Shown: positions 57,612-64,000 of the stretch, one piece after another
How the letters are laid out: each line of letters begins with the position of its first letter
Numbering within the stretch: the stretch's first letter is position 1
Assembly (NCBI GenBank): GCA_045632785.1
Contig: JAZQXK010000097.1
Span: forward strand, 1,536 to 65,535
From: Faecousia sp.
GTDB lineage: Bacteria > Bacillota > Clostridia > Oscillospirales > Oscillospiraceae
Direction: 5' to 3'
Length of the DNA stretch: 64,000 nt
The notes under the pieces: model-generated
What the model saw: the letters and a program-made list of their open reading frames with translations, nothing else
Database searches by the model: none
Told to the model about the DNA's origin: nothing
Position numbers and translations under genes: made by a program

Positions 57612-59012
57612 ATGAAAAGACTATTTGCTCTTATTCTGCTCATAACCCTAATGCTCTGCGGCTGTGCCAAGCCTGAAGAACCGGAACGGTTATCACGGAT
57701 ATTTTATGACGGCACAGACTGCTTTGGGCTAAGTTGGATGGGCTGCACCTACGAGGAAGACGAAATTGCAATGCGTGGAGTTTCTTTACTGTCCCGAAGC
57801 AAAGCATTTGGTGACAGGAAACTGCAGGAAGCAGCCAAAGATGCTGCTATGGGATTGGAGCTTACATCGGCTACAGACCTTTTAGAGTACGCCGTCCGCC
57901 TGACCCCGGCGGTGCTGGAAAGCGGCTATTTTGAAGACGAGTATAATAAGGCAGAAGATGTGGCAGGTTGGAAGCTGGACTTTGCCAACCTTTACAGCGA
58001 CGGTATCGCTGTGTTCCACTTCGACGAGAAGCCCGCCCCGGAGTATGAAAACGGATATAAGCTGCAATACCGCCCCGCAAAATATGACGGGGGTGCTTAT
58101 GCGGTAGTGTCCCTTCTGGATGGGCATATTATAAGCCTGCAGGATGGTTGGAATCGAGCCATTTCCGCCAAAGAGACGGATACCCGGGTAAAGGAAAAGG
58201 CTTTTGCAATGCCCACCATGCCTTTTGACCTGGACATAGACTTCACGGATGTTACGCTGGAAGAACATTTTTACAGTACATACCAATCCCTGCATAAGGA
58301 TGATACCCTTTTTCATGCCGCACCCAAAAGCAGCAAGGAAAAACTCAAGGACAATCAGTTACAAAAAAATGCCATGGAACTTGCCCACGGCTTAAACCTA
58401 AAAACCCCGGAGGGCATGGCAGAGTATGCCCTGGAGCTGGGAGAGCTGCTGATTGACTCAGACTACAATATGTGCCGCCAAGGCTTTCAGATTTCTAGTA
58501 TCGAGCGGTATACAGACGGTGTATGGGCCATCAATTATAGTAATGCAGTCACACGCATAGACGGAAAAGAGACAACAAAATGGAGCACAGCCTATATTTC
58601 TGAGGAGGATGGGCACATCATCTGCATGACAGATCTGGCGAATGGGCTGGTCCTGGGCGAATCTGACATACGATATAAGGCGCCGCAGGTAAAAATTGAC
58701 GAGGAACAATCATTTTTTAGTGATTTCAAGGTGGACAACGGAAAGGTAACCATCAAATGCCACATTGTTTTGATCAATACCGTACACTATCCCATAGAGG
58801 CTTCCTTACTGGCAGACTTTACGGAGGATGTGGTGGGTGGATTGTTGCAGGAGGCTAAGATCCTTGGGGCGTCGGCAAGCAATCACAATATAAAATCCTT
58901 TCTCGTAAGTCCGGGTGGCAAAGCCTTTGAGATAGATTTTTGCGGCACTTTTGCCGGCACAATGCAGAAGCAGGATCGCCTTCTTCCGGAAATCGAAATT
59001 ATCGAGCATTAA
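57612..59012 (+). CDS. Paralogous lipoprotein with an extra C-terminal ~110-aa domain
   Basis: MKRLF..LMLCGC lipobox. Colinear similarity with the upstream gene. Extra tail ending GTFAGTMQKQDRLLPEIEII. Confidence 0.8.
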   Translation: MKRLFALILLITLMLCGCAKPEEPERLSRIFYDGTDCFGLSWMGCTYEEDEIAMRGVSLLSRSKAFGDRKLQEAAKDAAMGLELTSATDLLEYAVRLTPAVLESGYFEDEYNKAEDVAGWKLDFANLYSDGIAVFHFDEKPAPEYENGYKLQYRPAKYDGGAYAVVSLLDGHIISLQDGWNRAISAKETDTRVKEKAFAMPTMPFDLDIDFTDVTLEEHFYSTYQSLHKDDTLFHAAPKSSKEKLKDNQLQKNAMELAHGLNLKTPEGMAEYALELGELLIDSDYNMCRQGFQISSIERYTDGVWAINYSNAVTRIDGKETTKWSTAYISEEDGHIICMTDLANGLVLGESDIRYKAPQVKIDEEQSFFSDFKVDNGKVTIKCHIVLINTVHYPIEASLLADFTEDVVGGLLQEAKILGASASNHNIKSFLVSPGGKAFEIDFCGTFAGTMQKQDRLLPEIEIIEH

Positions 59013-59117
59013 TTATGAATGAACGGGCCGAGCCAATCAATGAGTTCTCCGCATTCTTGTATAAAGAAAAGGAGGCAAAAGCCTCCATGATTTAATTGCA
59101 AGGAGCAATTAAAAGTA

Positions 59118-59331
59118 TTCAATGATGCATCGCCTGACAGCGATATGATGTTATGCTACGCATAATGGTGTTGCTCATTTCATTCGCACTAGTGCAATGT
59201 TTGCCAAATAACATTAGCGAAGCGACATCTTTAGGCGTAGCCGTCATCATAAGCAATGCGACATCATTTGCTGAAGGCAAACACAATTCAAAAAAGCCTG
59301 ATCTGTCCACCGGACAAATCAGGCCTTTTTG
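59118..59331. repeat. Multi-hairpin palindromic element A (ATGATG-type) plus terminal TGTC/GACA hairpin
   Basis: Starts TTCAATGAT-GC-ATCGC..GCGAT-ATGAT, with repeated ATG(A/G)TG units and inverted CATC/CATT units. Ends in AAAAAGCCTGATCTGTC..GACAAATCAGGCCTTTTT. Confidence 0.65.
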
Positions 59332-59389
59332 TTGCGTAAGAGTGACTAAAAGTAGCGTAAGTAGGGGTAAGAAACACAAAAAGTACACC

Positions 59390-59872
59390 TTAAATTTGGC
59401 ACCAAAGCTTAATCTTCTTTATATTTGTTGCGCTTAAACACCAAACAACATAACGCTTGTTATCCACAGTCGTAATGATTACTTTGTTCGACGATCCGAC
59501 TCTACCTGATTCAAGCTTATGTTTGATAGATTGAATGTGCTTTTTATGTATCGCACTGCTTCCAGCCCAGATCAACCAATCCTTGCTCAAATACAATGTA
59601 GTTTCGAGGTGGTTTGCATCGGTGTCTGAGAACACCGTATCATACAACGATTCTTGTCGCACAATCATTTTCCGGAAGCGAATAATTGGCAACAAACTGA
59701 CCAAAACACAAATAAGAGCGATGGGAAATGGGACAAATGCAATAATCAAATCATAAGATAATACATCATAAACCAAACTAACGATAAGCAAAGGAATAAA
59801 AACAAGTGTCGCACAAATCAAAGCGACAATACTGTTTCTTTTTAGATATATTTTTATGTATTTTTCGACCAC
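59390..59872 (-). CDS. Small AT-rich membrane protein
   Basis: ORF 59390..59980 trimmed to GTG 59872 (AAGGGGTG SD). Two TM helices followed by a small beta-rich soluble domain. Confidence 0.7.
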   Translation of the reverse strand: MVEKYIKIYLKRNSIVALICATLVFIPLLIVSLVYDVLSYDLIIAFVPFPIALICVLVSLLPIIRFRKMIVRQESLYDTVFSDTDANHLETTLYLSKDWLIWAGSSAIHKKHIQSIKHKLESGRVGSSNKVIITTVDNKRYVVWCLSATNIKKIKLWCQI

Positions 59873-59891
59873 AACATCACCCCTTTGCATT

Positions 59892-59920
59892 ATTATATCA
59901 TCATTTATTGCACTTTTCAA
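59892..59920 (-). promoter_or_regulatory. Hybrid SigA promoter whose -35 box is supplied by element B
   Basis: TTGAAA (59920-59915, inside the element terminus)-17-TATAAT (59897-59892). Confidence 0.6.
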
Positions 59921-60128
59921 TGATATATCGCTTGTGCGATATGATATACGGTGTTGCCGTATGATATACTTGCTTCGCAAGCATGATATAATATCCGTTC
60001 CTACATACGCGAAGCGTATATCATCGCACGATAGTGCGATATCATATCGAAGATATATCGCCCGTTCTGGCAGGAACGGATATCATTGAAAAAAGTCACC
60101 TTTGTCAGTAGACAAAAGTGACTTTTTT
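59914..60128. repeat. Multi-hairpin palindromic element B (ATGATATA-type) plus terminal TGTC/GACA hairpin
   Basis: 13-bp terminal IR TTTTCAATGATAT/ATATCATTGAAAA, ATGATATA x4, inverted units x4, and about 7 small hairpins. Ends in AAAAAAGTCACCTTTGTC..GACAAAAGTGACTTTTTT, which doubles as the tRNA terminator. Confidence 0.8.
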
Positions 60129-60130
60129 CG

Positions 60131-60214
60131 TGGTGCGGGAGATGGGACTCGAACCCACACGGCGGTCACCACACGCACCTCAAACGTGCTTGTCTACCAT
60201 TCCAACACTCCCGC
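60131..60214 (-). tRNA. tRNA-Leu(GAG)
   Basis: GCGGGAGTGTTGGAATGGTAGACAAGCACGTTTGAGGTGCGTGTGGTGACCGCCGTGTGGGTTCGAGTCCCATCTCCCGCACCA. 84 nt, long variable arm, CCA encoded. Confidence 0.97.
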
Positions 60215-60233
60215 ATAAATTGAATGCTCGCTT

Positions 60234-60262
60234 ATTATAGCCAAACAGGTATGATTTGTCAA
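60234..60262 (-). promoter_or_regulatory. Consensus SigA promoter of tRNA-Leu
   Basis: TTGACA-17-TATAAT. Confidence 0.85.
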
Positions 60263-60349
60263 CACCTTTTTCGAAAAAATCAACATCAACTTTTGTACGT
60301 CGAATGAGGATTTCTGGCTTAGTTCACCTGTGAGCAGATGGTCAAGTCC

Positions 60350-60491
60350 TGTGGAAAACTCCGTTTTTGCTTCAAAAATTCGACTTGTTCTGACGGCTCT
60401 CCCCTGATTTCACCATAGGTTAGTTAACAATAATCCTGTTTTCAAGTCTTATACACATATGTTTTCCACATTATCCACAGGTTTTTCCACA
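60350..60491. promoter_or_regulatory. Cluster of five DnaA boxes (TTWTNCACA)
   Basis: TGTGGAAAA 60350 (reverse), TTATACACA 60449, TTTTCCACA 60462, TTATCCACA 60471 and TTTTCCACA 60483. Confidence 0.7.
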
Positions 60492-60742
60492 GTTATGTTT
60501 ACCGTATGGACACCAGAAGTTAGAGATAGCTGCCATTTCGTGAAGATACCATAACTATTTACCAGCATTTCAAATAAACCCCGGAATTTAACATAATTTT
60601 ATGATCCCATTCTCTTTCTTTCGATGCAGTACAGGAGGAAGCTGTCAAAAAAGTTGCATGACTGTATTAAAGTGGGATATGAGTGGTTTATTTCAGAGAT
60701 AAGGAGGAAATATAGAAAAACCCGGAAGCATTCTCCGGGCTT

Positions 60743-61483
60743 TTACTTGGCAACCTCTAAGAGTTGCCGTGTATAGGGGTGCTGAGGATTGCGGAAAACT
60801 TCCTCCGCAGTATTGAGCTCCACAATATGACCGTTTTTCATCACCATGACCCTGTCGCAGATCTGGTAGACCACATTAAGATCGTGACTGATAAAGAGAA
60901 CACTCAAATTATACTGCTTACGCAGCTCCAGAATAAGCTTCAAAATCTGCCCCTGAACGGTAACATCCAAAGCACTGACAGGCTCGTCTGCCACGATCAA
61001 CTTGGGATGGGTAATGACAGCAGCACCCAATGCAACTCTCTGCCGCTGACCGCCTGAAAGCTCATAGGGCAGTCGGTTCGTATACTCCTCCCCCAGTCCG
61101 ATCTGCTCCAGAATCCGCAAAACTTCCTGTTTCCTTTGCGCCTTATTCAGTTTCCCCTGAATACGCAAAGGCTCTTCCAAAATCCTGCCCACTGTATAAC
61201 TTGGGTTCAGGCTGCTGTACGGATCCTGGAAGACCATTTGCGGCAACTTAGTATCACATAGGATCAGACCCTCATAGTCCTGCAGAAGCCCTGTAATGGC
61301 CTTGGAGAGGGTCGTCTTTCCACTGCCGCTCTCCCCTACCAAACCTAAGATCTCACCCTCATAAAGAGAGAAAGAGACATCGTGAAGAACCTGCTTCCGT
61401 TTTGTCTTTGAGGCAAAAAGGACGTGCTCATCCTCATAAAAGCTATTAAGATTTTGAACAGACAAAACAGCTTTCTGCTCCAC
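60743..61483 (-). CDS. Peptide/nickel ABC transporter ATPase (OppF/DppF-like)
   Basis: GESGSGKT, FQDPYSSLNP, LSGGQRQR and ADEPVSALD motifs. Confidence 0.92.
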   Translation of the reverse strand: MEQKAVLSVQNLNSFYEDEHVLFASKTKRKQVLHDVSFSLYEGEILGLVGESGSGKTTLSKAITGLLQDYEGLILCDTKLPQMVFQDPYSSLNPSYTVGRILEEPLRIQGKLNKAQRKQEVLRILEQIGLGEEYTNRLPYELSGGQRQRVALGAAVITHPKLIVADEPVSALDVTVQGQILKLILELRKQYNLSVLFISHDLNVVYQICDRVMVMKNGHIVELNTAEEVFRNPQHPYTRQLLEVAK

Positions 61484-61504
61484 GGGGTTTCCCTCCTTTT
61501 TATT

Positions 61505-62296
61505 CTATGAATCTCTATGGGGTATGGCTGCGATCAGTTTCTTTGTGTATGGGTGGCTGGGGTTTTGATAGACTTCCTGGGTCTGCCCCTGCTCTACCAG
61601 CTTGCCCCGTTCCATCACCGCAACCCTGTGACACAGCTTCCGCACCACATGAAGGTCATGACTGATGAAAAGTATGCTCATACCGGTTTCCCGGTTCAGC
61701 TTCTGCAAAAGCTCCAAAATCTGAGCCTGAACTGTTACATCCAGAGCCGTAGTTGGCTCGTCTGCTAAAAGCAGCTTGGGACGACTGATAATGGCGGCGG
61801 CAATCATGGCTCTTTGAAGCTGGCCCCCAGACACCTGATGGGGATACTTATAATAAATAACTTCCGGTTCAGGCAGTTCTACCAGCGCCAAAGCTTCCAA
61901 TGCATGCTTCTTCCGTTCCTTAGAGCTTAGTTTTTCATGAACACGAAGGCTTTCTTCTACCTGCCTGCCAATGGTAAGCAGTGGATTCATGGCAGACATA
62001 GGTTCCTGAAAAACAACAGCGATCTCTTTCCCTTGAATATGACTCAGTTCCTGTTCTGTGCAGGAAAGAAGCTCCTTGCCGGAAAGGGTGATGCTTCCTT
62101 GCAGTTCCGCTCTCTTTCTGGGAAGCAAGCCACTGATACACATAGCCGTAACGGTTTTTCCACTGCCGCTCTCCCCTACCAAGCCTAAAATCTCTCCTTC
62201 GCCCACAGAGAAGGTGACCCCGTCTACGGCATAACGGTCTGGGGCAGCATTGTGGAAATGTACCCGAAGATCATCGACTTTTAGAAGTTCCTGCAC
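61505..62296 (-). CDS. Peptide/nickel ABC transporter ATPase (OppD/DppD-like)
   Basis: GESGSGKT, FQEPMSAMNP, YPHQVSGGQ and ADEPTTALD motifs. Confidence 0.92.
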   Translation of the reverse strand: MQELLKVDDLRVHFHNAAPDRYAVDGVTFSVGEGEILGLVGESGSGKTVTAMCISGLLPRKRAELQGSITLSGKELLSCTEQELSHIQGKEIAVVFQEPMSAMNPLLTIGRQVEESLRVHEKLSSKERKKHALEALALVELPEPEVIYYKYPHQVSGGQLQRAMIAAAIISRPKLLLADEPTTALDVTVQAQILELLQKLNRETGMSILFISHDLHVVRKLCHRVAVMERGKLVEQGQTQEVYQNPSHPYTKKLIAAIPHRDS

Positions 62297-62302
62297 AGCT
62301 TC

Positions 62303-63106
62303 TTACCCCCTTTTATCATCCCGGTTCAGTCCCTCAGCCAGAAGGCTAAAGCCTAAGATCAGCAGAACCATAGTACCGCCCACCCCAAGGGCATACCAGG
62401 GCGCACTTTGAAGATATGTCTGGCTGTCACTGAGCATAGAGCCCAGAGAAGCATCAGGAGGCTGAATACCCAGACCAAGGAAGCTCATACTGGCCTCGCT
62501 CAAAATGGCATTGTTAAAGCCGATGACCAGAGCAGGAAACAGAACTGTTCTAATATTGGGCAGGATATGCAGCACCATAATCCGAAGATCCCCTGCCCCC
62601 ATCAGCTTTGCACTTTTTACATAGTTTAGCCCACGGCATCGAGAAAACTCCGCACGAACCACTCTGGCAAAACTGGGTACAAAGAGAAGCCCCAAAACCA
62701 GAATAATATTCCGTAACCCACCTTCAACCAAGCTAAGCACAACAAGTGCCAAAAGAATGCTGGGAAAGGCTGTTAGAGTGTCGCAAATACGGGTCAGAAT
62801 CAAATCCGGCAGTCCTCCGTAATAGCCGCACAAACCACCAAGGATGATCCCCAAAATGCAGCCGATGCAAACGAGAGACACCGCAACTAGAAAAGAAGTG
62901 CCTGCCCCTTCCAGAACACGGCTGAAAATATCTCTGCCAAAGTTGTCCGTTCCCAAAAGATGATCAAAGGAAGGAGCTTTATTGATGGCTGTAACATCCA
63001 TTTCCGTAGTGCTGTAGGGCTTCCAGAACAGGCCCATTACCACCAGGACAGTCATCACAAGTGCAATCGTACCGCCTACACAAAGGAAGAAATTTCTTTT
63101 TTTCAT
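62303..63106 (-). CDS. Peptide/nickel ABC permease (OppC/DppC-like)
   Basis: LGTDNFGRDIFSR, YVKSAKLMGA and EASMSFLGLG motifs. Confidence 0.92.
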   Translation of the reverse strand: MKKRNFFLCVGGTIALVMTVLVVMGLFWKPYSTTEMDVTAINKAPSFDHLLGTDNFGRDIFSRVLEGAGTSFLVAVSLVCIGCILGIILGGLCGYYGGLPDLILTRICDTLTAFPSILLALVVLSLVEGGLRNIILVLGLLFVPSFARVVRAEFSRCRGLNYVKSAKLMGAGDLRIMVLHILPNIRTVLFPALVIGFNNAILSEASMSFLGLGIQPPDASLGSMLSDSQTYLQSAPWYALGVGGTMVLLILGFSLLAEGLNRDDKRG

Positions 63107-63118
63107 GATCTTCCCTCC

Positions 63119-64000
63119 TTAGGACTTACGCAGCCGGGGATCCAGCAGGCGGTTCAGCATATCCGCAAGGAAATTGACCACCACAATCCATGCAGCCAAA
63201 ATCACCACGATTCCCTGAACCACAGGGAAATCTCGATTGCTGATACTGGCCAGGAGTAACCGCCCAATACCGGGAACGGTAAAGACCTGCTCGATGATAA
63301 TGCTGCCGGTGAGGATCTCTGCCATGGAAACTGCCAGAAATGTAATGACCGGAAGCAGGGCGTTCTTCAGCACATGGGAGAACAGAATCTCCCGGCGGTA
63401 GCAGCCACGGCTCTGAGCAGTAATCACATATTCCCGGCTCAGCTCCTTTTGGATCGAGCCACGGAGCATCTTGACTGTCATGGCAATTCTGGGAACTGCA
63501 ATGGAAATTGCCGGGAAGATCAGATAGGAAATACAGCCCCAGAAACTATCTTCATAGGAAACGAAAGCGCCGGGCACAAACATACGCAGAAGCAGTCCGC
63601 AGACATAGCAAACCAGCATTCCCAAAAAGAAAGCGGGAATGCTCATAAAAAGCTGATTGGTAATGACCATGGTTTTATCACCAGCAGAACTGCGGATGCT
63701 TCCTGCAAGTGTGCCAAGGGGAATGGACAAAATCACTGTAAAGACAAAGGACAGCAGAGTCAGCAGGGCTGTAACCGGCAACTTTTCTCCAATGAGCTGG
63801 GCTACAGGCATCTTATAGCTAAAGCTTGTACCCATATCCCCTCTTACAAAGTCCCACAGCCAGGCAAAATACCGAGTAAGAACCGGCTTGTCCAAGCCCA
63901 GCTCAGCCCGCAGAGCTGCCACCGCTTCCGGGGTAGCCTCTGTACCAAGCATTTTGGTGGTGGGATCACCAGGAATGATCTGAAACGCAAGGAAAGCGAG
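63119..64000 (-). CDS. Peptide/nickel ABC permease (OppB/DppB-like); start lies beyond the window end
   Basis: In frame to the window edge (LAFLAFQIIPGDP). EYVITAQSRG, IIEQVFTVPGIG, RDFPVVQG and DPRL motifs. Confidence 0.92.
   Translation of the reverse strand, partial: LAFLAFQIIPGDPTTKMLGTEATPEAVAALRAELGLDKPVLTRYFAWLWDFVRGDMGTSFSYKMPVAQLIGEKLPVTALLTLLSFVFTVILSIPLGTLAGSIRSSAGDKTMVITNQLFMSIPAFFLGMLVCYVCGLLLRMFVPGAFVSYEDSFWGCISYLIFPAISIAVPRIAMTVKMLRGSIQKELSREYVITAQSRGCYRREILFSHVLKNALLPVITFLAVSMAEILTGSIIIEQVFTVPGIGRLLLASISNRDFPVVQGIVVILAAWIVVVNFLADMLNRLLDPRLRKS

Noticed and set aside
56382-59056. GTTCTCCGC shared by the asnS terminator and the sequence after the second lipoprotein, as a target-site duplication
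   Set aside because: Only 9 nt and both are in hairpin arms; too weak without comparative data.
59119-59437. ORFs 59119..59388 (-) and 59153..59437 (+)
   Set aside because: They run through palindromic element A and a terminator-like hairpin, with no SD or protein-like composition.
59460-59468. Extra DnaA box TTATCCACA
   Set aside because: Lies inside a CDS (TVDN codons) about 900 bp from the cluster; likely chance.
59914-60092. CRISPR mini-array
   Set aside because: Repeats are only 8 nt, half are inverted, the spacers are self-complementary hairpins, and no cas genes are present.
56400-60130. Prophage or integrase-driven genomic island at tRNA-Leu
   Set aside because: No integrase or phage genes, and I found no duplicated tRNA 3' end (attL/attR).
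60250-60700. oriC
   Set aside because: No dnaA/dnaN/rpmH context, no clear DnaA-trio run after the boxes, and the same gene orientation on both sides.

Overview
A 64-kb stretch of a clostridial (Bacillota, probably Oscillospiraceae-like) chromosome, mostly housekeeping genes on the minus strand. 1-10.9 kb: the conserved asp23-nusB-(TsaD-like)-xseAB-ispA-[OLE RNA]-oapA-dxs-tlyA-nadK-argR-recN operon, including a ~604-nt OLE ncRNA that the ORF track does not show. 11-22 kb: radical SAM, MATE, sugar kinases, tRNA-Thr, a transposase-less IS200-like remnant, tsaE-tsaB-upp. 22-32.4 kb: an accessory block with a frameshifted pseudogene, a 2593-aa S8 protease carrying dockerin, cohesin and SLH modules, and an ArsR-like regulator. 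32.5-56.4 kb: GNAT/DUF2156, SLH and VanW proteins, mfd, pth, prs, udp, polC and ispG-rseP-dxr-cdsA-uppS-frr-pyrH, then asnS. 56.4-60.1 kb: an accessory block at the 3' end of tRNA-Leu with two paralogous repeat-module lipoproteins behind a four-half-site operator, and a small membrane gene bracketed by two related multi-hairpin palindromic elements. 60.3-64 kb: a non-origin DnaA-box cluster and a peptide/nickel ABC transporter. No CRISPR array, rRNA, integrase or intact transposase was seen. All family calls come from motif recognition by eye; no database search was run.
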